A stretch of 64,000 nucleotides of DNA from Macrostomum lignano. Taxonomy: Eukaryota. This document shows positions 12,070-23,183 of the stretch, piece by piece. The stretch covers positions 55,424 through 119,423 of the forward strand of contig NIVC01003101.1 of assembly GCA_002269645.1 (NCBI GenBank). Reading direction: 5' to 3'. A model generated the notes under the pieces. That model was not told the DNA's origin and made no database searches. It saw only the letters and a list, made by a program, of their open reading frames with translations. Made by a program: the position numbers and the translations under genes. The first letter of the stretch is position 1. Each line of letters starts with the position of its first letter.

Positions 12070-12600
12070 ATTCCGCTAGCCCCTGGCGACCAATGACTTC
12101 ATAGAAGGGACGTCTCTAGGGGGGGGGGGCGTAGAGAAGAACAACTCAGCTCGTCCCGGTCCCTGAGGTGCTGGGCAAGCAGCGGGATGCTCTCGGGCCT
12201 GCAAACGTCGGAGAGAACCGGGTTTGGCCCGAGGTGAGTGAGCCTGGCCCCGGTGAAGACCGGGCAGTGGCAAATAAAATGCTCGGCGTTTTCACTGCCT
12301 GAGCGGCAGAAGGGGCACCGCTCCTCGGGTACTTGGCCCTGAAGGAAGCGGTGGCGAGAGAAGCAGCCATGCCCGGAGAGGGCCATGCTGACTGCTCTGA
12401 GGTCTCTGCGGTTGAGCCTGAGGAGGGCTCTGCGCAGGAGGGGGCGGACAGGGGACGGCAGCACGGGATTGCGTGCTCAGGAAAAGGGTGGCTGGGATCG
12501 AATCCGTGAGGATGTTGAGCCCGCCACAATCCTCGAGAGTCTTGAGGCAGAGGTCAGAGTGCGGGATAAGCGACCGCTTCTTAAAGGCCCGCATATTGTA
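12070..12600 (-). mobile_element. 5'-truncated non-LTR retrotransposon 3' fragment (ORF2 C-terminal zinc finger, LOA/R1/I-like)
   Basis: LLRLNRRDLRAVSMALSGHGCFSRH...RCPFCRSGSENAEHFICHCPVFTGARLTHLG resembles the C-terminal CCHC region of LOA/I-group ORF2. Boundaries approximate. Confidence 0.75.
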
Positions 12601-12604
12601 TTGT

Positions 12605-15600
12605 CTAGCCTATCATAGATGCAGGAATAGAATGGATTGCTAATCTAGCCTATCATGGATGCAGGAGTAGAATGGATTGCTAATCTAGCCTATCATGGGT
12701 GCAGGAATAGAATGGATTGCTAATCTAGCCTATCATGGGTGCAGGAATAGAATGGATTGCTAATCTAGCCTATCATAGATGCAGGAGTAGAATGGATTGC
12801 TAATCTAGCCTATCATGGGTGCAGGAATAGAATGGATTGCTAATCTAGCCTATCATGGGTGCAGGGATAGAATGGATTGCTAATCTAGCCTATCATGGAT
12901 GCAGAAACAGAATGGATTGCTAATCTAGCCTATCATGGATACAGGAATAGAATGGATTGCTAATCTAACCTATCATGGATGCAGGAATAGAATGGATTGC
13001 TAATCTAGCCTATCATGGATGCAGGAATAGAATGGATTGCTAATCTAGCCTATCATGGGTGCAGGAATATAATGGATTGCTAATCTAGCCTATCATGGGT
13101 GCAGGAATAGAATGGATTGCTAATCTAGCCTATCATGGATGCAGGAATAGAATGGATTGCTAATCTAGCCTATCATGGATGCAGGAATAGAATGGATTGT
13201 TAATCTAGCCTATCATGGGTGCAGGAATAGAATGGATTGCTAATCTAGCCTATCATGGGTGCAGGAATAGAATGGATTGCTAATCTAGCCTATCATGGGT
13301 GCAGGAATAGAATGGATTGCTAATCTAGCCTATCATGGATGCAGGAATAGAATGGATTGCTAATCTAGCCTATTATGGGTGCAGGAATAGAATGGATTGC
13401 TAATCTAGCCTATCATGGGTGCAGGAATAGAATGGATTGCTAATCTAGCCTATCATGGGTGCAGGAATATAATGGATTGCTAATCTAGCCTATCATGGCT
13501 GCAGGAATAGAATGGATTGCTAATCTAGCCTATCATAGGTGCAGGAATAGAATGGATTGCTAATCTAGCCTATCATGGCTGCAGGAATATAATTGATTGC
13601 TAATCTAGCCTATCATAGGTTCAGGAATAGAATGGATTGCTAATCTAGCCTATCATGGGTGCAGGAATAGAATGGATTGCTAATCTAGCCTATCATGGGT
13701 GCAGGAATAGAATGGATTGCTAATCTAGCCTATCATGGATGCAGGAATAGAATGGATTGCTAATCTAGCCTATCATGGCTGCAGGAATAGAATGGATTGC
13801 TAATCTAGCCTATCATGGGTGCAGGAATAGAATGGATTGCTAATCTAGCCTATCATGGGTGCAGGAATAGAATGGATTGCTAATCTAGCCTATCATGGAT
13901 GCAGGAGTAGAATGGATTGCTAATCTAGCCTATCATAGGTTCAGGAATAGAATGGATTGCTAATCTAGCCTATCATGGGTGCAGGAATAGAATGGATTGC
14001 TAATCTAGCCTATCATGGGTGCAGGAATAGAATGGATTGCTAATCTAGCCTATCATGGGTGCAGGAATAGAATGGATTGCTAATCTAGCCTATCATGGGT
14101 GCAGGAATAGAATGGATTGCTAATCTAGCCTATCATGGGTGCAGGAATAGAATGGATTGCTAATCTAGCCTATCATAGATGCAGGAGTAGAATGGATTGC
14201 TAATCTAGCCTATCATGGGTGCAGGAATAGAATGGATTGCTAATCTAGCCTATCATGGGTGCAGGATAGAATGGATTGCTAATCTAGCCTATCATGGATG
14301 CAGAAACAGAATGGATTGCTAATCTAGCCTATCATGGATACAGGAATAGAATGGATTGCTAATCTAGCCTATCATGGGTGCAGGAATAGAATGGATTGCT
14401 AATCTAGCCTATCATGGGTGCAGGAATAGAATGGATTGCTAATCTAGCCTATCATGGCTGCAGGAATAGAATGGATTGCTAATCTAGCCTATCATAGGTG
14501 CAGGAATAGAATGGATTGCTAATCTAGCCTATCATGGGTGCAGGAATAGAATGGATTGCTAATCTAGCCTATCATGGGTGCAGGAATAGAATGGATTGCT
14601 AATCTAGCCTATCATAGATGCAGGAGTAGAATGGATTGCTAATCTAGCCTATCATGGGTGCAGGAATAGAATGGATTGCTAATCTAGCCTATCATGGGTG
14701 CAGGGATAGAATGGATTGCTAATCTAGCCTATCATGGATGCAGAAACAGAATGGATTGCTAATCTAGCCTATCATGGATACAGGAATAGAATGGATTGCT
14801 AATCTAGCCTATCATGGGTGCAGGAATAGAATGGATTGCTAATCTAGCCTATCATGGCTGCAGGAATAGAATGGATTGCTAATCTAGCCTATCATAGGTG
14901 CAGGAATAGAATGGATTGCTAATCTAGCCTATCATGGGTGCAGGAATAGAATGGATTGCTAATCTAGCCTATCATGGATGCAGGAATAGAATGGATTGCT
15001 AATCTAGCCTATCATGGCTGCAGGAATAGAATGGATTGCTAATGTAGCCTATCATGGGTGCAGGAATAGAATGGATTGCTAATCTAGCCTATCATGGATG
15101 CAGGAGTAGAATGGATTGCTAATCTAGCCTATCATGAGTGTAGGAATAGAATGGATTGCTAATCTAGCCTATCATGGATGCAGGAATAGAATGGATTGCT
15201 AATCTAGCCTATCATGGGTGCAGGAATAGAATGGATTGCTAATCTAGCCTATCATGGATGCAGGAATAGAATGGATTGCTAATCTAGACAGCATCACTGA
15301 TGAAGGAATAGAATGGATTGCTAATCTAGCCAACATCACTGATGAAGGAATAGAATGGATTGCTAATCTAGCCTATCATGGATGCAGGAATAGAATGGAT
15401 TGCTAATCTAGCCTATCATGGATGCAGGAATAGAATGGATTGCTAATCTAGACAGCATCACTGATGAAGGAATAGAATGGATTGCTAATCTAGCCAACAT
15501 CACTGATGAAGGAATAGAATGGATTGCTAATCTAGCCTATCATGGGTGCAGGAATAGAATGGATTGCTAATCTAGCCTATCATGGATGCAGGAATAGAAT

Positions 15601-15613
15601 GGATTGCTAATCT
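12605..15613. repeat. 40-bp satellite array, ~75 copies
   Basis: Head-to-tail taatctagcctatcatgggtgcaggaatagaatggattgc with point variants and no unique spacers. Confidence 0.98.
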
Positions 15614-16028
15614 GTTAAAAATGAAGTCAAAATCCAAGGCTCTACTGAAAAAAACACATGTAAATTGGTCTAGAATTTTGTAAGTTATTAATCTTTTAAT
15701 TATTAAAGATTGGGGAGCTGTTTGGCAGAAGCAGAGAAGGGTTACTTTTAAATGGCAAAGAAAATTCAATCCTGCAAAAGCAGCAACGCTATTAGAATTT
15801 TTTAAGATCCGCTTGATGGTAAGTTCAAATCAAAGTCAATGTGGCCCTGCTTAACATGTACCCTAATGCGCTACCCTACTGCTGTACCCTAATTTTCTAC
15901 CCTAATATTTCGTACGCTAATCCAGCAGGGGTCTAGCGCGTATGATACAAATAATATACAGTTTAAGTACACCGTGTCGGCCTTAGATAAACATGTGCTA
16001 ATCTCTTCAGCCAGCTGAGTTCAGCAGC

Positions 16029-17871
16029 TCAAGTCCTGATCCAGTCGGTGGGCTCGCCGACCTCTCTAAGCGCGCGCAGCACCAGCCGCAGCGGCACCGG
16101 GCCGCTGTGCGACCACAGGCTGAAGGCCGTTGTCACGGGCTTCTCGGTCGCCAGCAGGACCTCAGACGGGAACTGGCCGTTGGACAGCCGGCTGACTGCC
16201 TCCAGAAATGCGTCCGACTTCTCGCTGGAAGACAACCTGGCCTCCAGCTCCTCCAGCAACTGGCCTGGGTGCTCCCGCCGCTGCTGCTGCTCATGGCTCG
16301 GCGCGGACTGGACGCCGCTGTCAACCAAGGACGGCGCTGACTGCACGGAGCCGCAGGCTGTGGCCTCCAGCTCGGGACCTCCGGGATCCGACAGACCGGC
16401 AAACAGCGCCGCCACCCTTGGCTGCCCGCTGGCCAGCTGGACGGCCGAGCAGCCATCGGCGTCGATTTCGTCCAGGTCTGCGCCTTCGTCCAGCAGCAGC
16501 TGCGCGAAGTCAGTGGCGCCGGCGGCGGCGGCGACCATCAGGGGTGTCCGGCGGTCGCCGACGTGCCGCTGCGTGTTCAAGTTGATGTCGATGCCGGTCT
16601 CGGCGCAGAAGCGGAGCAGCAGCCGCAGCATGTCGACTCGGTTGCGGCCGGCCATGAGGTGCAGCGGGGTGTCGCCGCGCCGGTCATTCATGTGCACCGC
16701 CTGAGCCAGCTGAGCCGCTTGCAGCTCGCCCTGCCGCACCTGGCGGGCTGCACAGCGCAATGCCGCCTCCAGCGCCGCGGCCGAGTCCTCCAGCGAGCAG
16801 TGGTGCAGCAGGTTCCTACCATCGACATCGTAGAGCCGATGCAGCTGGGTGGGGTCGCGGTCCAGCAACTTCTCGAGCAGGCCGGCTGCCTGGGAGCCCG
16901 TGCTCAGCATTGCGAGCGTCTCGCCGTACCGGGCCCGGTCTGTCAGCGCCTTGGGATTTTTTTCTGTCGCGAGTTCCGCCAGCCAGGTGGCGCGGGCCGG
17001 CTGGTCTCGGAGCAGCGCACTGGCGATGGGCGAGTCTCCCTGCGGTGCGCGGGGTAGTCGGCAGTTTTGATTGCAGCGGCCCGTTGCTACCTTGTTGCTA
17101 CCCTGTGCTACCCCCTGTTGCTAGCACCTATGTGCTACCCCCTATTGCTACCACTTATGTGCTACCCCCTGTTGCTACCACCTATGTGCTACCCCCTGTT
17201 GCTACCACCTATGTGCTACCCCCTGTTGCTACCACCTATGTGCTACCCCCTGTTGCTACCATGTGCTACCCCCTGTTGCTACCATGTGCTACCCCCTATT
17301 ACTACCACTTATGTGCTACCCCCTGTTGCTACCACCTATGTGCTACCCCCTGTTGCTACCACCTATGTGCTACCCCCTGTTGCTACCACCTATGTGCTAC
17401 CCCCTGTTGCTACCACCTATGTGCTACCCCCTGTTGCTACCATGTGCTACCCCCTGTTGCTACCACCTATGTGCTACCCCCTGTTGCTACCACCTATGTG
17501 CTACCCCCTGTTGCTACTCCCTGTTGCTAGCACCTATGTGCTACCCCCTGTTGCTACCACCTTGGTGCTACCCTACAGCCACCCCATCCGGGTTTGCCCA
17601 GACATTCACCAACGCTCAGAACCCTGGCGCCAGAGCTGCTCACCTGTACGCTGCGCACTCGCAGCATTGGCGCGGCGCCCTCCAGCATGATGCGCAGCAC
17701 AGTTTCGCAATCAGCGCCGAGGCTGTAGCCGTGGGCCGCTCGGGCCAGCTGGCCCGGATAATCGTTGAGAATTTGACGCTGGGCAGCCGGGGACAGATTT
17801 TGAAACGCGGCTGCCTCTGGAGTCAATGCCGGCTGCTCTGAGATCTCCGGTAAGCGATCTTCGTCTGCCAT
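16029..17871 (-). CDS. Ankyrin-repeat protein with C-terminal death-fold-like helical domain: complement(join(16029..17039,17644..17871))
   Basis: Ankyrin motifs DGRNLLHHC, RGDTPLHLMA and RRTPLMVAAAAGATDFAQLLLDEGADLD. Donor CAG|gtgagc at 17643 and acceptor ccgcag| at 17040, both phase 0, join the ORF 17554-17871 to an open frame extending 16029-16910. The death-like assignment is tentative. Confidence 0.8.
17085..17575. repeat. ~24-bp minisatellite in the ankyrin gene intron
   Basis: Tandem atgtgctaccccctgttgctaccacct. Confidence 0.93.
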
Positions 17872-18134
17872 GATTTTGGCTATTTACTCGCTGGCTTTTG
17901 TTGGGAGCCTCGCAAGAGCGAGGCCAATTATATAGTGAGGAAAATCCCAACAACTCCAAACCTCAGGCTGGCTGTGCAGAGTTGAAACTAGAGCGAAATA
18001 AAAACAAGCTGTACTAAATACGCTTTTCGTTTCTGTCTGCTGTTTTTGCTTGCTTGTTTGCTTGGAAAAAAACAGGAGAACTTGCTTTATATCTATTGGT
18101 CATGGTAGCTTGCTTAAGTTGCATTACATTTTTC

Positions 18135-18832
18135 CAAGGACGACTTAAGTAGAAGGACGGGAAACCTCGTTTCTTAGAAAAGTTTTGAAGGCACTTTCTC
18201 CCGAAAAAATACACTACGGAGATAGGAAGTTTTCATTTTTTCAGCACAAAATTTGTTATTGCGTTTGATAGGAGGCAGATCCAGTGTTCATCTTTTGATA
18301 TGTTGTGCCTTTTTTATTGCTCTATCGATATTTATAAAGCTTTTCGTTCAGAAAATCAGGATTCTATGTTAATTTTCTATTCTACGTATATTTCCTGTAT
18401 CTAAAAATCACAAAAATGCATGACAGAGCTCCAATATTTGGTTTTATGAACCTATTTTATCATCTCTGTTACAAATATTTGCTACACAGTCGGGTAAGAA
18501 TGATAAAAAAGACTCATGAAGCTAAAGAGCCGAGCCGTGGCATTCTAATGTATTTCAAGCACAAGACACGCGAAAATATACGCAGAATAAAAAATTAACA
18601 TAGAATCCCAATCCTCTGAACGAAAAGCTTCATAAATATCGATAGAGCAATAAAAAAGGCACAACACATCAAAAGATGAACACTGGATCTGCCTCCTATC
18701 AAACGCAATAACAATTTTTGTGCTGAAAAAATGAAAACTTCCTATCTCCGTAGTGTATTTTTTCGGGAAAAAGTGCCTTCAAAACTTTTCTAAGAAACGA
18801 GGTTTCCCGTCCTTCTACTTAAGTCGTCCTTG
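18135..18832. mobile_element. Foldback MITE with ~265-bp inverted arms and 8-bp TSD (CATTTTTC), probably P-element superfamily
   Basis: Left end caaggacgacttaagtagaaggacgggaaacc at 18135 is the reverse complement of the right end ending gtcgtccttg at 18832. Arms match to about 18400/18570. catttttc at 18127-18134 and 18833-18840. Confidence 0.9.
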
Positions 18833-20054
18833 CATTTTTCATGAGCGTACAGCTTGAATTGTATATACACATACGGATACGAAAATTAAGTCCTTCCACG
18901 GGTCCCCTTTCCTCTGCGTACACTACTAATTGCAATTGGTCCATAAAATTTCTATGCGCGTTGAAACCTCTTTCCCGTGTACACGCCTCAAAGCGAAAGG
19001 CAGTCCCATGGAATTGCCGTGGAAAAGCCTTCTAGCATTTTTGAGTTATTGCGAACTTGCAGACGTTGCCTTGTTTCTGTTGCTATATACAATGGTTTTT
19101 ATTCAAATTAGCGTAAGCTACAATTTGATACTTTTATTCTGATGGTCTCAATTCTTTCGCAAATTTGGTAAATCTAATTGAAACTAAGTAATTGAAGCAG
19201 GGTCCCTCAAGCCCATGGCAAGCAAGCTAGTCTTGATAGGTTGCTACAGCAGTTTTTTTATTTGTTAAATTTTGGTACGTACGATATTAAAAGAAATTCA
19301 ATTAATCAAGCTCGACTAAAAAGGGTATTAATTATTGCGAATATAACAAACATATGGGTTTGCTTTCCTAAAGTAAACATTAATATTGGTTAAAGTCTAC
19401 TCAGTTCGTCAGAGCATTGCATTATTTTAAAAGAAAATATCTACATTAGCCTTAAATAGTTTCAGATACACACTCGAGACACTAGCTTTGTTAAAATAAT
19501 TTAGTTTCATAACTTCAAACAACCCCTTTTCTAAGAAAGTGAGCTCGGTTCACGTTTCAATCCCGACTAGTATCTATGGCAATTGGTAGAAAAATAAAAG
19601 AGCAATGTATTTTTTAGATGACTATCGTAATTCACTTTTAAATGTAAAATTGGAATCTCTAAATACATTTAAAATTTCAACAATGCTTTACACAGTGCGA
19701 TAATAGATTATAAGATTAAGTAGTTTAGTTAATATAAAATCTAAAAAAATTCATCAAATTTTACTAGGTACTAAAAAGCTATACACTGTATATAATTATT
19801 AAAAGGAAAAATTGCACTAGTTACATGTATAATTTTCCAGGCTAGTTTTTTAAAGCTTAACTGTATTTGCTTTTCTCTGAATTATTGATATTATATTTAT
19901 TTTTTCATGCCTTAGTTGCTTAATTACAAACATATTCATATAAAATATTTTTATTTTTATATTTATAGAAACTTTGTCATAATGTAATATTATTTTATAG
20001 AGACTATTCTATATATTCTATAAATATTCTTATTACTGTTTATAACATTTTTAG

Positions 20055-22639
20055 TAGGGGGTCCAGTGAGAAAATTTTTTTCTGAAACTCAAATTTTTAA
20101 CTATGCCATGTTGTAGCCCTGGATGTTATGAGTGAAATGACACTAGACTTTTGAAAATTGATCAGGTAATAAAAAAGTTATGAAGTTTTTCGTTTAAAAA
20201 AATTGTGTTTTTTTCCTCTCAAATACATTAAAAACTGTGCCATTTTTGGGCAAAAAAGCATGTTTTTTGCAGTAAAATGTCTTTAACTTTTTTACTTCAT
20301 AACCGATTGTAGTGTTTTAGGTGTTATTTCGTAGATTTTTGTTACCATAACATTTTCTAATATTTTTGTACATATATACTATTCTATATAAGCAGATATC
20401 TGGGGATTAAGACAGAAAAGGGGAAGAAAATTTTTTTTCTAGAGTACCACTTTTTGGCTTTATCATGGTATTCTTTCTATTAACCTTAATTTGTATTACT
20501 TTCATGTTAAAGTAATACTTGTATACTATAATTAGTAAGATTTTTGACTTTCTACTATAAGTAGTTATGCAAAATTTTGACCATTATTTCCATGAAAATG
20601 GGTCTTCTAAAGTACCACTCTGGTTGTCTAAAAATCGATGTAGCTCCTGACAATCTTAATCTTCTATCTTCATGCTGAAGTCATTAAAAACTTTTTTGTA
20701 GTCCATCTGACAATTGTAATGAATTAATGCTTTACTAAGTAATGTTACTAAATCATGTACTTTCATGTTTGAAAAGGACATGCCTGAATTCAGCAATTGA
20801 ATCTACCTTTACAGTTTACCTGCATTATTTGATTCATTTACTTGCTCACTGTGTCCACTTTTCAGCACAATAGCTTTCTGTTGTAATCCAGTCAATTTGT
20901 CTGCTACCAATTCATCTGCAGTCAGCTCGTCAGCAAATATCTGAATGAGCATTTCGTCTGCTGTGCTGGTCTTCTCATTGTACTATGAGCTAGTCTACTA
21001 CAACTGTAGCTACTACAGTCAAGCCAGTCAGGCATGATCGAGACAATGTTACAGGGTGGGTTTCAGGGCTTTGACACGAATGTATAGGTCGCATCATCGG
21101 CAGTGTCAAGGGTGTCAGCTGCATCAGCTGGCAGGCAGTCAATAAAATGCGAGTGCGTGCCTTTCCTCTCCAGGTCCAGTATTAAGGTGCCTACAGCGTC
21201 AGCAGCATCAGCACCAGCTGTGGGCAATACGAATTGGCTTGGTTGACATGGCCTGGCAGCTGGAGACTGGAGTCGCCAACTGAGCAACAGTTTGCTAAGA
21301 CGGACACCAGTTCGGCGATAAAGTGTCGCATTGGTGACTCGCTCGTAGCTAATCTAACAATGTTGGGGGCAGTACACTACACAGCGTGATTACATTGTAT
21401 ATGTACATGTACATTATGAGAGTATGACAGTCGATTCGTCTGCTCCCGTTTTCATTCCCAGTCAGTTTGTCTGCCAGAAGCTGAATTGACTGGGGGAGAC
21501 TGAGAACCCTTTTAATCAGCTCAGCTTTTACTCAGCTGTTCCATTTTAGTGCTTTAATACTGTATTAATTAGCTTGGCAGAATGTATCAGTCTGTCTGTA
21601 TACACTGAACCAGACGTACTTTATAACTTTATAACCTGTGGCTGTGGCAGGCAGTAACGAAAGTGAAGGAAAAATGCGGGACCTGTTGAGGTCGAAGGTG
21701 CGCGAGAAAGCTGCTGGCAAGCAGAGTCCCTGGGCCATCTACATGGACCAGGCACTTGTCTTTCCTGCAGTGGTCCCAGCTGCAACTGCGCCAGAGTCGA
21801 CTTCCAGCACGCCAGTTTGCCAACATTTTGCTGCTGTTGTTGCCTCGCCCCTTTTAGAGAAGAGTGGCGCCGATGCAGGCCTTCAAGAAGCTTCGAAGCG
21901 CGATCTTCGGGCCCAGCTGGAATGATCAGAGGCGACTGTGTAGAAAGCTGCACCATGAGCTTGTCAAGCGCTCATAGCAGATACTATATACATGTAGGTG
22001 CAGCGTGTCTGGCATCTGCAAGATCTGCAAGTAAAGAATGGATTAGTAAGAAATGCATAAAATATAAAGTATATCCTAAGTCCTGCTATCATTTTAAAAA
22101 AAATTGCATATATGACTTATGACTTCTTTTCGAATGTACAACCCCTCAATGTACATTTTTCCTATCTCTGTAGTGTATTTTGCATGTACACCTTTGCCAA
22201 TTCTTGGCCGCTCTTTCCATTCAAAAGTTATGGCCATTTTAAATTTTACATGTACATGTACATATTTTTGAACAAAAAAAGTTCACTTAAAATGACCTCC
22301 AGGAAGTTACCTACACTCAGTGTGCAAGCATTCTTAGCAGTTATGCACTCATTAACTAAAAAACGAATCCTCCCGATCCCATATTTTCAAGCAAATTTGG
22401 CACAGTTTTGAAAATGTACAAAAATGTACACGATGTTTGACAGTCTGTATCTTTGTAATCGTATGTCCTAAACATGTAAACTATATGTCGTTTGAAAGAT
22501 CTGTTTGCCTTCTTTTCAATAAATATAAGAACGTTGTCATATCTTAAATATTTAAAAAGTTACAGACGTTTAAAGAAGACCACTTTTTTACCGTTTTTCG
22601 GTTTTACACACGCTAAAAATAGGCTCGCTGGATACCCTA
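20055..22639. mobile_element. Candidate non-autonomous DNA transposon (TAGGG...CCCTA termini, hAT-like)
   Basis: 16-bp imperfect TIR (tagggggtccagtgag vs reverse complement of ctcgctggatacccta, 13/16) flanked by direct repeat tttttag at 20048-20054 and 22640-22646. AT-rich interior. Confidence 0.45.
21063..21350 (-). mobile_element. Degraded RTE-like LINE 3' fragment
   Basis: YERVTNATLYRRTGVRLSKLLLSWRLQ, then after a frameshift QLPGHV...SYCPQ...RGKART, resembling the post-RT VTNxxLY...RRLxxxGHV motif of RTE-type ORF2. Confidence 0.5.
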
Positions 22640-23183
22640 TTTTTAGATATAGTTTATTAAGATAGTTGACTAACCATATATTGATATATATTATGTTTTC
22701 AACAATATAAAATAGACTTTATAAAAAAAAGTAATTGACTTTCACTAAATTTGCATTTTTTCTAAAGTTTTTATGATTCAATTTTAGAAGTTCTATGAAA
22801 TTAGGCTTCTATATGGACATATAACAAAGAAACTGTTAGAATTCTAGAAATTACCAATAGTGACTATACATGACTTTCTATATGGGGTAAATTTGTAAAA
22901 TTTGAGTAACTTTCTTGCTTTTTTCAAAGAAGATAAAATAATGCTCATGATATACTATAATTATACTTAAATATAAAATTTTATGATTGAACTATTGCCT
23001 ATTGGTTTTTATTTAATACATTGGCAAATAAATGTTTTGTATTTATGTAAATTTATTACAATTTATTCATATATTGTATTTTTGTATAAAATGAATTTAT
23101 TTGCTTTAATTATAAATAACTATCTTGAGTATACTTTTACCTTGCAGCTCTAGCAGCCATTAAGCCAATGCTAATTTTTAGCC

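Noticed and set aside
15290-15540. CTGATGA in satellite variants as a hammerhead ribozyme core
   Set aside because: No GAAA partner or flanking helices could be found.
12605-15613. 40-bp array as a CRISPR locus
   Set aside because: Monomers are head-to-tail with no unique spacers, there are no cas genes, and the context is eukaryotic.
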